Source of the DNA: an uncultured Eubacterium sp.
GTDB lineage: Bacteria; Bacillota; Clostridia; Oscillospirales; Acutalibacteraceae
Direction of reading: 5' to 3'
Assembly (NCBI GenBank): GCA_910584985.1
Contig: CAJUDJ010000002.1
Coordinates: forward strand, 70,411-134,410
DNA: 64,000 nucleotides
The position numbers and the translations under genes are program-made. The notes under the pieces are model-generated. The model had not been told where the DNA came from. It saw only the letters and a program-made list of their open reading frames with translations, and made no database searches. Shown here in pieces: positions 46,848 to 56,201 of this stretch. The stretch's first letter is position 1, and every line of letters starts with the position of its first letter.

Positions 46848-46868
46848 GACATATACGGAGGTGAAGAT

Positions 46869-47639
46869 ATGGGAAAAACCGTAGCAATCTTTAATCAAAA
46901 GGGCGGAGTAGGCAAAACCACTACCTGTGTAAACTTTGCGGCAGCGCTTGGGGATAAGGGCAAAAAAACGCTCCTTGTTGATGTTGACCCGCAGGGAAAT
47001 ACTACAAGCGGTGTCGGAATTGACAAATCCATTATAGCCAACTCAACCTATGATATACTTATAAATAAAGTGCCTGCAAGGGATATTGTAACGGCAACGC
47101 AGTTTAAAAATCTTTTTATTCTGCCTGCCACAATGAATCTTGCCGGTGCTGAATTGGAGCTTGCGGAGGTTGAGGACAGATATACCTCATTAAAAAAAGC
47201 GCTTGCTCCGCTTGTTGCAGATTTTGATTACATCGTTATAGACTGTCCGCCGAGCCTTGGGCTTTTAAGTTTGAATGCATTAACCGCATCAGACACTTTA
47301 ATTGTTCCGCTGCAGTGCGAATATTATGCACTTGAAGGGCTCAGCCAGCTTTTAAGCACGGTAAGAACAGTTAAACAGTATTATAATGAGCATCTTGAAC
47401 TCGAAGGTGTTGTTTATACGATGTATGATAGCAGATTGAGGCTTACACAGCAGGTTGTGGACGAAGTAAACAAGTATTTTCCGAACAAAGCCTTTCATAC
47501 AATGATACCCAGAAGTGTTAAGCTTGCGGAAGCACCAAGCTTCGGAATGCCGGTGATTTATTACGAAAAATATTCCAAACCAAGCTTTGCCTATAAAAAA
47601 TTTGCGGATGAGTTCTTGAAAAAACAGAAAAAATGGTAA
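46869..47639 (+). CDS. parA: Chromosome partitioning ATPase ParA/Soj
   Basis: Start set at ATG 46869 (GGAGGTG at 46857-46863). Deviant Walker A: NQKGGVGKTTT. Confidence 0.95.
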   Translation: MGKTVAIFNQKGGVGKTTTCVNFAAALGDKGKKTLLVDVDPQGNTTSGVGIDKSIIANSTYDILINKVPARDIVTATQFKNLFILPATMNLAGAELELAEVEDRYTSLKKALAPLVADFDYIVIDCPPSLGLLSLNALTASDTLIVPLQCEYYALEGLSQLLSTVRTVKQYYNEHLELEGVVYTMYDSRLRLTQQVVDEVNKYFPNKAFHTMIPRSVKLAEAPSFGMPVIYYEKYSKPSFAYKKFADEFLKKQKKW

Positions 47640-47660
47640 TTTTAAAGTAAGGGGTGCAAT

Positions 47661-48512
47661 ATGGCAAAAAAACAGTCAGGGCTGGGAAAGGGTCTTGGAG
47701 CATTGCTGCTTGAAAACACAACTGAAGATATGGTTGCAACAAACACATTGCCGATAAGCGAAATTATTCCCAACAAGGAACAGCCCAGAAAAACATTTGA
47801 TGAAGCAGCACTGTCAGAGCTTGCTGAAAGCATTAAGCAGCACGGTGTTTTGCAGCCGCTGCTTGTAAGGCCGCTGGCAGACGGCGGATACCAGCTTGTT
47901 GCAGGTGAAAGGCGCTGGCGTGCAAGCAGAATGGCGGGACTGCGCGAGATTCCTGTTGTGGTTAAGGAATTAACGGACACAGAAACCATGGAGATTGCAA
48001 TTATTGAAAATCTTCAGCGTGAGGACCTTAATCCGATTGAAGAAGCAGAAGGACTGCAGGCACTTATTGACAAATGCGGTTTCACACAGGAGGATATTGC
48101 TGCCAGTGTGGGAAAATCAAGGCCTGCCATCGCAAACAGCTTAAGATTATTGAGACTTCCGCCGGAAGTAAGGGATATGACCAGAAATGGTATAATATCC
48201 GCAGGGCATGCAAGAGCACTGCTTGCGCTTGACGGTGAAGCTGTAATTTATGAGGCGGCACAGAATATTGTTAAAAACAAACTTACGGTTCGTGATGTGG
48301 AGCGGCTTGCAAAAATTAAGGATAAAGAAAAAGTTGTTTCACAGAAAAGATATAAACGGCGCGACAGCTTTTATGATGAGGTTGAACTGACCTTATCCGA
48401 GGTGCTTGGCAGAAGAGTTAAGGTTTATAACGGAAAAGGAAAGGGCACACTTGAGATAGAATTCTATTCACAGGAAGATTTAAAAAATATAGCAAACAAA
48501 TTAGGAGAATAA
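47661..48512 (+). CDS. parB: Chromosome partitioning protein ParB/Spo0J
   Basis: 283 aa with PNKEQPRK, VAGERRWRAS, IIENLQRE and the HTH GKSRPAIANSLRLLRLP. Confidence 0.95.
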   Translation: MAKKQSGLGKGLGALLLENTTEDMVATNTLPISEIIPNKEQPRKTFDEAALSELAESIKQHGVLQPLLVRPLADGGYQLVAGERRWRASRMAGLREIPVVVKELTDTETMEIAIIENLQREDLNPIEEAEGLQALIDKCGFTQEDIAASVGKSRPAIANSLRLLRLPPEVRDMTRNGIISAGHARALLALDGEAVIYEAAQNIVKNKLTVRDVERLAKIKDKEKVVSQKRYKRRDSFYDEVELTLSEVLGRRVKVYNGKGKGTLEIEFYSQEDLKNIANKLGE

Positions 48513-48516
48513 ACAC

Positions 48517-49803
48517 ATGCTTGATATAAGATTTGTAAGGGAAAACCCCGAACTTGTAAGGGAAAATATTAAAAAGAAATTTCAGGACAGCAAGCTGCCG
48601 CTTGTGGATGAAGTGATTGCACTTGATGAAGAAAAAAGAGCAGCGCAGAAAAAAGCAGATGAGCTTCGTGCAAACCGAAATAAGATTTCAAAGGAAATCG
48701 GAAATCTTATGGCACAGGGAAAAAAGGAAGAGGGAATGGCGCTTCGTCAGAAGGTAAAGGAGCAGGCAGACGAGCTTGAGGCGCTTTCCGCAAGAGAAAC
48801 GGAGCTGAATGAAAAAGTTACCTCCATTATGATGACAATTCCGAATATTATTGATGAAAGTGTGCCGATCGGAAAAGATGACAGCGAGAATGTTGAAATT
48901 GAAAAGTTCGGTGAGCCGGCAGTGCCTGACTATGAAATTCCCTATCACACAGAAATTATGGAACGCTTTGCCGGCATAGATCTGGATGCCGCAGGCAGGG
49001 TTGCGGGCAACGGCTTCTATTATCTTATGGGTGATATTGCAAGGCTGCATTCGGCAGTGCTTGCCTATGCGCGTGATTTTATGATAAACAGAGGCTTCAC
49101 ATACTGCATTCCGCCGTATATGATTCGCTCGGCAGTGGTTGAAGGTGTTATGAGCTTTGCCGAAATGGATGCTATGATGTATAAAATCGAGGGAGAGGAT
49201 CTTTATCTGATCGGTACTTCAGAGCATTCCATGATCGGAAAATTTATTGATACAATTACACCTGAGGCAGAGCTTCCGAAAACTTTAACCTCGTATTCAC
49301 CATGCTTCAGAAAGGAAAAGGGTGCACACGGAATAGAGGAAAGAGGGGTTTACAGAATTCATCAGTTTGAAAAACAGGAAATGATTGTTGTCTGCAAGCC
49401 CGAAGAATCAAAAATGTGGTTTGATAAGCTCTGGCAGAACACGGTTGATTTGTTCCGATCTCTTGATGTGCCTGTCCGCACGCTTGAATGCTGTTCGGGC
49501 GATCTTGCGGATTTAAAGGTAAAGTCCGTGGATGTTGAAGCATGGTCGCCCCGCCAGAAAAAATATTTTGAGGTTGGCTCCTGCTCCAATCTAACGGATG
49601 CACAGGCAAGGCGACTGAAGATCAGAGTTAAAGGCGAAAACGGAAATTATCTTGCACACACGCTGAACAATACCGTTGTTGCCCCGCCGAGAATGCTGAT
49701 TGCATTTCTTGAAAACAATCTGCAGGCAGACGGCTCGGTGCTGATTCCCGAAGCACTTCGTATGTATATGGGCGGCGAAGATAAAATTGTTCCTAAAAAG
49801 TAA
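48517..49803 (+). CDS. serS: Seryl-tRNA synthetase
   Basis: 428 aa. N-terminal coiled-coil arm and class II motifs (FRKEKGAHG..RGVYRIHQFEK; GSCSN). The start is 4 nt after the parB stop. Confidence 0.97.
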   Translation: MLDIRFVRENPELVRENIKKKFQDSKLPLVDEVIALDEEKRAAQKKADELRANRNKISKEIGNLMAQGKKEEGMALRQKVKEQADELEALSARETELNEKVTSIMMTIPNIIDESVPIGKDDSENVEIEKFGEPAVPDYEIPYHTEIMERFAGIDLDAAGRVAGNGFYYLMGDIARLHSAVLAYARDFMINRGFTYCIPPYMIRSAVVEGVMSFAEMDAMMYKIEGEDLYLIGTSEHSMIGKFIDTITPEAELPKTLTSYSPCFRKEKGAHGIEERGVYRIHQFEKQEMIVVCKPEESKMWFDKLWQNTVDLFRSLDVPVRTLECCSGDLADLKVKSVDVEAWSPRQKKYFEVGSCSNLTDAQARRLKIRVKGENGNYLAHTLNNTVVAPPRMLIAFLENNLQADGSVLIPEALRMYMGGEDKIVPKK

Positions 49804-49812
49804 TATAAAAGC

Positions 49813-49857
49813 AAAGCACCGTGATAATTCACGGTGCTTTCTTCTTTTATCTTTTTT
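49813..49857. terminator. Intrinsic terminator after serS
   Basis: AAAGCACCGTGA-taat-TCACGGTGCTTT followed by a T-rich tract. Confidence 0.75.
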
Positions 49858-50024
49858 GTTTACTATTTCTAACCTGCAGCGTTATGCAGCGTGCGGCACT
49901 CCTCTTTGCTCTTTTCTCAAAAAGAGAGGAACATTCCGCCGTGATAACGGAAATTTATATCTTTTTTAATAACGAAACCGCCTTGCCGCGGGCAATATTT
50001 TCATTTTTGTAAAAGCAAGATAAA

Positions 50025-50693
50025 CTAAAGCCGTGCCTCAAGGCGGTAAATCGGCATTCCCATATCGGAAAAGCGTTTTTCATATTCTGTTTTAATGTTT
50101 CCCTGAAAATCACTGCTGTGCAGGTCCAGACTGATATTGTTCAGTTTAAAGCCGTTTTGTGAAAGACTTTCTATGGAAAATTCGAAAAAATGCATATTAT
50201 CGGTTTTTTGATAAATTACAGCGTCTTTTTTCATAATTGTTTTATAAATATCAAGAAACTGCTTATGCGTTAAACGGTGCTTTGCATATTTGGCCTTCGG
50301 AAACGGGCAGCTGAAATTCAGGTTGATTTCGCTTATGGAATGCTCAGGAATGTAACCGGGCAGATATTCTGCCGTGCATTTCATAAATTTTATATTGGAA
50401 AGTTGTTTTTCAGCGGCGGCTTCACAGGCAGTTACAATTACATTGGCTGCCCGTTCAACCGCAAGTATGTTTACATCGGGATGCTGCTCGGCATAGGTGC
50501 AGGCAAATGCGCCTTTGCCGCAGCCAACCTCCAGCATAATGCGGTTTGCATTTCCGAAAAGTGTTTCAAAATCAATCAGTTTGGGTTCTTTTCCTGCATT
50601 TTCATAGTTCAGGTCTGCATTGCTGCATTCAATCAGATAATCGGAGCAGGCAGCAAGCCGCTCCTCCAGATTTTTCTTTCTTCGCATTCTCAT
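50025..50693 (-). CDS. trmB: tRNA (guanine46-N7)-methyltransferase
   Basis: Contains LEVGCGKGAF and NLNFSCPFPKAKYAKHRL. Start set at ATG 50693 (MRMRRKKNL...). The track's TTG at 50759 has no SD. Confidence 0.9.
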   Translation of the reverse strand: MRMRRKKNLEERLAACSDYLIECSNADLNYENAGKEPKLIDFETLFGNANRIMLEVGCGKGAFACTYAEQHPDVNILAVERAANVIVTACEAAAEKQLSNIKFMKCTAEYLPGYIPEHSISEINLNFSCPFPKAKYAKHRLTHKQFLDIYKTIMKKDAVIYQKTDNMHFFEFSIESLSQNGFKLNNISLDLHSSDFQGNIKTEYEKRFSDMGMPIYRLEARL

Positions 50694-50765
50694 TTCAATC
50701 ACCGTAAGCATTTTATCATAAAACTGTTTTATCGGCAAGTCTGTTTCTTCAGCAGACAATACATA

Positions 50766-50794
50766 TTGACAGAAAGATGCAATATGTATATACT
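50766..50794 (+). promoter_or_regulatory. Candidate sigma-A promoter
   Basis: TTGACA (50766-50771), 17 nt spacer, TATACT (50789-50794), upstream of the 50816 gene. Confidence 0.55.
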
Positions 50795-50815
50795 TAAATT
50801 AGAAGAGGTGTTCTT

Positions 50816-51286
50816 ATGGTGTATTTAAAACAGGCCTTTTTTACGGTTGTTTCATCGATAATTGCATTTTTGATTTCTGTAACGATGACGGCATTTCATA
50901 TTTTTAACGATGATACATCCACGGTTTTGGTTGAAATGGTTATTGCCTTAACTGCATTGCTTTCCAATTTCCTTTTTGGCTTGTTTTCAGGAAAAAATAT
51001 GAAAAAAGCAGGATATGGCGCTCAGCTTGCGGTTTTATTCGCTTTTTCCGTTCTTGCCATTGTGGCAGAGGACGGCATATTGCATTACATCGGTGCTTTT
51101 TTAAATCCGGTAGATACACATCTGAAGTTTTTAATTTTTTCTCAAACCGGTCATGCTGCGCTCAATACAGGTATTGTGGAATATTTTGCAGCATTACTTT
51201 TTTCCTCTCTGCCGTGCATGGTTTTATTTTTGGGCACGGTAATCCGGGGAAAAGTAAATAAAAGAAAAACGGAGAAGATTTTATGA
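50816..51286 (+). CDS. Hypothetical integral membrane protein (about 4 TM)
   Basis: 156 aa hydrophobic ORF with GAGGTG 5 nt upstream. ATGA overlap with the next gene. Confidence 0.55.
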   Translation: MVYLKQAFFTVVSSIIAFLISVTMTAFHIFNDDTSTVLVEMVIALTALLSNFLFGLFSGKNMKKAGYGAQLAVLFAFSVLAIVAEDGILHYIGAFLNPVDTHLKFLIFSQTGHAALNTGIVEYFAALLFSSLPCMVLFLGTVIRGKVNKRKTEKIL

Positions 51287-51894
51287 CACAGCGCGAAAGA
51301 ATGGATGCAGGGCTGCTTTATCTCTGCGAGGATGACGGCATTATGGAAGTGCAGCTGAAGCATCTTGAAAAACTTTATGATTTTAATGAAACACGCCCGA
51401 ATCAGCTGGACTTAAGGGAAAAGCTGCTACGGGAAATGTTTGCCGAAATCGGAGGGGATTGTTACATAGAACCGCCGCTTCATGCAAACTGGGGCGGAGC
51501 GCATGTTCATTTCGGCAGCCATGTTTATGCAAATTTTAATTTAACGCTTGTGGATGACGGGCATATCTATGTGGGCAATGATGTTATGTTTGCGCCGAAT
51601 GTGGTTGTGGCAACAGCCGGGCATCCCATATGCCCTGAGCTTCGCGGAAAGGGCTATCAGTTCAATGCCGATGTGCATATCGGCAATAATGTGTGGATTG
51701 GCACAGGTTCGCTTATTATGCCGGGGGTAACAATAGGCGATAACACGGTTATCGGTGCAGGTTCGGTGGTTACAAAGGATATTCCGGAAAATGTGATTGC
51801 TTTCGGAAATCCCTGCCGTGTTCAGCGTGAAATAAATGAAAAGGATTATGAGATTTATTTTAAAAACAAAAAAATAGATATAAAAATCAAATAA
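51283..51894 (+). CDS. maa: Maltose/galactoside O-acetyltransferase (LbH family)
   Basis: 203 aa. The N-terminus MTQRERMDAGLLY... is Mac-like. Hexapeptide repeats (IGNNVWIGTGSLIMPGVTIGDNTVIGAGSVV). Confidence 0.88.
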   Translation: MTQRERMDAGLLYLCEDDGIMEVQLKHLEKLYDFNETRPNQLDLREKLLREMFAEIGGDCYIEPPLHANWGGAHVHFGSHVYANFNLTLVDDGHIYVGNDVMFAPNVVVATAGHPICPELRGKGYQFNADVHIGNNVWIGTGSLIMPGVTIGDNTVIGAGSVVTKDIPENVIAFGNPCRVQREINEKDYEIYFKNKKIDIKIK

Positions 51895-51911
51895 TAATAC
51901 AGCAGAAGAAA

Positions 51912-51937
51912 AAGGACGGATGGTATCATCCGTCCTT
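51912..51937. terminator. Bidirectional terminator
   Basis: AAGGACGGATG-gtat-CATCCGTCCTT between convergent genes. Confidence 0.7.
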
Positions 51938-51952
51938 AATATTTAATTGAAT

Positions 51953-53479
51953 TTATTCCTCGCTTGTATCAGACAGTGCTTTCTGTGCAGCCTCCTGTTC
52001 GGCAAGGCGGTCTGCTCTTATATCGGCAAGCTCAGCAATCATTTGGTTTTTCAGATTGCCGTGAATCGGATAAAAGATAAAGGAAAGGCCGTAAAGTCCT
52101 CTTGCCAGAGCGGGAAGAATACAGAAAACTGCCCAGATACCGTTCAGAATGGAAGGATCCTTCTGCGGAACCGCATTGCCAAGGGAATCCGTAAGCGGCA
52201 CATAATGAATCCATGTAAGTACCATGCCGGACATCCAGCTTGTAATTGAAGTGGCAAGTTTCTGGAAATAGCCCTGAACGGTTGTAACCAGCGCCTCGTT
52301 TCGCAGACCGTGCTTCCATTCCATATAATCAAAGGTTTCTGCATTAAGAACAGGGCCTACAACAAGGATAAGCTTATTCGGAAGGCCGCAGATTGTAAGC
52401 CCGAAAATTACCCATATTAAATTCAATATGTAATTATCATTAAAGGTCTGACCGAACGGGTGATAGCCGACAAGGAAAAGCAGTGTGTAGGCAACGCCGC
52501 CGAACAGTCCGGCAATAATCGCGGTTGCTCTTGCACCGAATTTTTTTATCATCTTTGCGGCAAGCGGCACCATAAGATAGTTCGGGATACCTGTGAAAAG
52601 ACCGCATAAGGTTTGGTTTGCGATAGAGCCTGTGTTGTTCAGCCAGAACCATTGCTCTGATGAACCGCCCACTGCTTTGAAATTGTTGAAAAAGCTTGCA
52701 AATATAATTGCAAACAAAGGACGGTTTGTAAAAATCTGCTTTATGGATTCAAGCACGGAGGTTTCATTCATTTCCTCGCGCGACTGAAGCGGAACACGCT
52801 CACGCATATTGAAAAAGCCATAGATTGCAAACACGGCAACAACTGCAGCCATAAAGTAGGCAAAGCCTGTGTAAACGCCGCTCATTGTAATCTTTGAGCT
52901 CAGCTTGGGAAGAAACTGAACAAGAATCGGAACAAGAGAAGGCACCCATGTGCCGAACAGCTCAAAGAATTTACTTGTAGTAATCAGATTGTTTCGTTCA
53001 TCGTTATTCGGGGTGATGTTATAGGTCATAAGCTGCCATGCATTGAAATAGCTCATGCCGAGTCCGTAAAAAACAATGGCGCAGGCTGACCATATAACTC
53101 TTGCCGATGCATTTATATCAGGCGCAGAGAACATCATTACCGTGCCGAGAATCACAAGCGGCAGCGGAATGATGAAGAAGGGACGCACTCTGCCGTATCT
53201 GGTTCTGGTTCGGTCAATAATAAGGCCGGAAATCGTATCGTCAACCGCATCATAAATAGCGGCAAAGAAATTTATGTTTGCATAGGCTGTTGTGTTCAGT
53301 TTCAGAAACTGAATCATGAAAAATTCCTTAAAGGCGTTAACAAACTGGTCTAAATTTTTCTGACCGAAGTTTACAAGCACATATGCAACAATTTCTTTTG
53401 GAGAAAGATAACGCTTTTTTGTGTAGGCAAGCTTATCAAGCTCTGCATATTCCTGATTTATAATATCCTGTTCTGACAA
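51953..53479 (-). CDS. Glycoside-pentoside-hexuronide (GPH) family sugar:cation symporter
   Basis: 508 aa, about 12 TM, with the GPH signature DAVDDTISGLIIDRTRTRYGRVRPF. Confidence 0.88.
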   Translation of the reverse strand: MSEQDIINQEYAELDKLAYTKKRYLSPKEIVAYVLVNFGQKNLDQFVNAFKEFFMIQFLKLNTTAYANINFFAAIYDAVDDTISGLIIDRTRTRYGRVRPFFIIPLPLVILGTVMMFSAPDINASARVIWSACAIVFYGLGMSYFNAWQLMTYNITPNNDERNNLITTSKFFELFGTWVPSLVPILVQFLPKLSSKITMSGVYTGFAYFMAAVVAVFAIYGFFNMRERVPLQSREEMNETSVLESIKQIFTNRPLFAIIFASFFNNFKAVGGSSEQWFWLNNTGSIANQTLCGLFTGIPNYLMVPLAAKMIKKFGARATAIIAGLFGGVAYTLLFLVGYHPFGQTFNDNYILNLIWVIFGLTICGLPNKLILVVGPVLNAETFDYMEWKHGLRNEALVTTVQGYFQKLATSITSWMSGMVLTWIHYVPLTDSLGNAVPQKDPSILNGIWAVFCILPALARGLYGLSFIFYPIHGNLKNQMIAELADIRADRLAEQEAAQKALSDTSEE

Positions 53480-53638
53480 AAAATCACCGCTTTCAACAAA
53501 TTTTACCCGAATGCATTAACATGCAGTATATATAAAATATAGCAAATTTATAACAATATTTCAATATAAAATTAGGATTATACAGCAGAAAAATGAAAGG
53601 CCGATATTTTCTATCGGGCTGAAAGAGATAAAGAATGG

Positions 53639-54826
53639 TTAATGACTGCGTTTTTTTCTGTTCAGAACTCTGACATACAGCAGGCAGACAATCATTATCG
53701 CAGGAAAAACAACCGAAGCCAGCAGCCCTTTGGCAATGTTACTGTCCGATCCGGAAACAAAGCCAACGATAGATGGCCCTGCCGTGCAGCCAAGATCCCC
53801 AGCCAGTGCAAAGGCTGCAAACATTGCCGTTGATGCTTTGGGAATATGCTTTGCTGCAATGGAAAAAGCGCCGGGCCACATTGGTGCAACGGCAATTCCG
53901 CAAACGGCGCAGCCGACCAGCGACAGAATCGGGTTGCCTGAAAGTGCCGCAATAAGATAGCCGCCGATGCAAACAAAGGAACCGATTATAAGAATTTTTG
54001 TTATATCTGTTTTATCGCTGATTCTGGAATAGATTACTCGGGAAGTGCCCATAAGCACAGCAAAGGCACAGGGGCCCAGAAGATCGCCCACTGTTTTTGA
54101 AACGCCAAGCCCCGTTTCCGCGAAGGCAGATGCCCACTGGCTCATGGAAAGCTCGCTTGCACCTGCACAAATCATAACGATTCCCATAATCCAGAAAAGC
54201 GGATTTTTCAGCATATCGCTGAATTTTCCGCTTCCTTTTTCCTCCTCCAGTGTTCGGATGGGAACAGCGGAAAAAAGAAAAATGTTTACAAACGGAATAA
54301 GCGCCCACAAAACAGCAAGAAAACGCCAGCTTTCTATGCCGAAAATCTGAAAGAAAAGCGTTGAAAACAGAACGATTGCGGCACAGCCCCAACAGTAAAA
54401 GGAGTGCAGCAGGCCCATTGCACCCGCCTTGTTGTTTGTGGGGCAGGCTTCAACAATCGGGGAAATGAGCACCTCGTCAAAGCCGCCGCCGATTGCATAA
54501 AGCACATCGCATATAATAAAGCCGATATACGGATTTTTGAAAAGAAACGGAAAAACGGCAAGGCCGGCTGTGCCGGCAACAGAGCAGATATTTGCAATTA
54601 TCATTCCTGTGCGGTAGCCGATTTTGTTAATGAAAAGCGGGCACAGTGCATCTATAAAAATTTCGCTAAAAAAGGTTATTGTTATCAGTATGGTGAGTTG
54701 TGCAAGAGAAAAGCCGAATTCTGTTGTAAGCCTTACAAAAAGAAGCGGTAAAAAAGTGGTGGTAACTGCCTGAGAAATATATGCAATATAACAGGCAAAC
54801 CGGGTATGCTTAAATGTAAGTTTCAT
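53639..54826 (-). CDS. MFS transporter
   Basis: 395 aa hydrophobic protein, about 12 TM. Substrate unknown. Confidence 0.85.
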   Translation of the reverse strand: MKLTFKHTRFACYIAYISQAVTTTFLPLLFVRLTTEFGFSLAQLTILITITFFSEIFIDALCPLFINKIGYRTGMIIANICSVAGTAGLAVFPFLFKNPYIGFIICDVLYAIGGGFDEVLISPIVEACPTNNKAGAMGLLHSFYCWGCAAIVLFSTLFFQIFGIESWRFLAVLWALIPFVNIFLFSAVPIRTLEEEKGSGKFSDMLKNPLFWIMGIVMICAGASELSMSQWASAFAETGLGVSKTVGDLLGPCAFAVLMGTSRVIYSRISDKTDITKILIIGSFVCIGGYLIAALSGNPILSLVGCAVCGIAVAPMWPGAFSIAAKHIPKASTAMFAAFALAGDLGCTAGPSIVGFVSGSDSNIAKGLLASVVFPAIMIVCLLYVRVLNRKKRSH

Positions 54827-54896
54827 TTTGTCCTCCGTTGTATCAATAAATAAGCATTGAGTTCACATTATATAGTATTGTTTGGCTTTTTGCAAC

Positions 54897-54925
54897 TTGA
54901 AGATGCAAATCATTCGTGATAAAAT
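54897..54925 (+). promoter_or_regulatory. Candidate promoter with extended -10
   Basis: TTGAAG (54897-54902), 17 nt to TAAAAT (54920-54925), preceded by TG at 54917-54918. Confidence 0.45.
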
Positions 54926-54960
54926 AGTATTTAACAGAAAACATAAAAAGGAGAAGAACA

Positions 54961-56091
54961 ATGCAGTGGGAATTTAATCTGCCCGTTAAGCTTGTGTTCG
55001 GCTGCGGCAAAAGAAAAAATCTTGGAAAATATATAGATGAAATCGGCGGCAGTATCGGTGTGCTTGTCTGCGGCAGAAGTTTTGAGAAAAACGGAGAGGC
55101 AGCCGAATTTGTTAAAAATTCCGAAGGCAGAATCAAAGCGGTGTTCAGTGATATACGCCCAAACCCCACAACGGAAAATGTGGATGCCTGTGTTTCGGTT
55201 ATGCGTGAAACCGGAGCGGATTTTGCTGTGGCGCTCGGTGGCGGATCGCCAATGGATTGCTGTAAGGCGGCCTGTGCAATCGCGAAGGGAAACGGGTTCA
55301 TCCGTGCGTATCACAGTGGCGGAAAAGCCGTTTCGTCAGAAGAAGCCATTCCGATGATTGCTTTTGCAACCACAAGCGGCACTGCATCCGAGGTAACCAA
55401 TATTTCTGTTTTAACGGATGTTGAAAAAAATCTGAAAAATCCGATGAATGATCCTGCCATGTATCCGAAAATTGCAGTGATAGACCCTGAACTTACGCTA
55501 AGCGTTCCGCCGCAGGTTACGGCTTCAACCGGGCTTGATGTATTAAGCCACGCTGTGGAAAGCTATTGGAGCACACTGCATCAGCCCGTGTGCACTGCCT
55601 GTTCGATTTACAGTGCACGGCTCGTTTTTGAATGGCTTGAAAAGGCATACAAAGAGCCGGATAATATCACTGCACGTGAAAAAATGGCAGAGGCAAGCCT
55701 TGTTGCAGGCGTTGCCTTCAGCCATCCCAGAACAACAGGCAGCCACGCCTGCTCTTTTCCGCTTACGAATATTTACGGCCTGCCCCACGGTGAGGCATGT
55801 GCATTTACGCTGGATTATTTTATCAAATTCAATGCCGAATATGCGGATGAAAACGGCAGAATTGCTGCGTTTGCAAAAGATTGCGGCTTTAACAGCGCCT
55901 ATGAAATGGCGGATGAAATTTCGGCTATGAAAAAGCGTATGGGAATGAAAACAAGGCTTTCCGAAATCGGCTGCGTAACAAATCAGCAGATAGAGGAGCT
56001 GACGGAAAAGAGTATGTCCATGCTTATGGAAAGAAACCCTGTTGCGCTTACCAAGGAAAACATAGCTGAGATGTATTTCAGCCTGAAGTAA
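54961..56091 (+). CDS. Iron-containing (group III) alcohol dehydrogenase
   Basis: 376 aa with GGGSPMDCCKA, LDVLSHAVESYWS and HACSFPLTNIYGLPHGEACA. Confidence 0.88.
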   Translation: MQWEFNLPVKLVFGCGKRKNLGKYIDEIGGSIGVLVCGRSFEKNGEAAEFVKNSEGRIKAVFSDIRPNPTTENVDACVSVMRETGADFAVALGGGSPMDCCKAACAIAKGNGFIRAYHSGGKAVSSEEAIPMIAFATTSGTASEVTNISVLTDVEKNLKNPMNDPAMYPKIAVIDPELTLSVPPQVTASTGLDVLSHAVESYWSTLHQPVCTACSIYSARLVFEWLEKAYKEPDNITAREKMAEASLVAGVAFSHPRTTGSHACSFPLTNIYGLPHGEACAFTLDYFIKFNAEYADENGRIAAFAKDCGFNSAYEMADEISAMKKRMGMKTRLSEIGCVTNQQIEELTEKSMSMLMERNPVALTKENIAEMYFSLK

Positions 56092-56201
56092 AAGAAAAGA
56101 AATCTTTAGTCAAATAGATGTGGATTATGATTTGAAAATATGTTAATATAGTACAGTGTTATACATTGCCTGAAAGCAAATAAAGAATCGGAGGATTAAT
56201 T

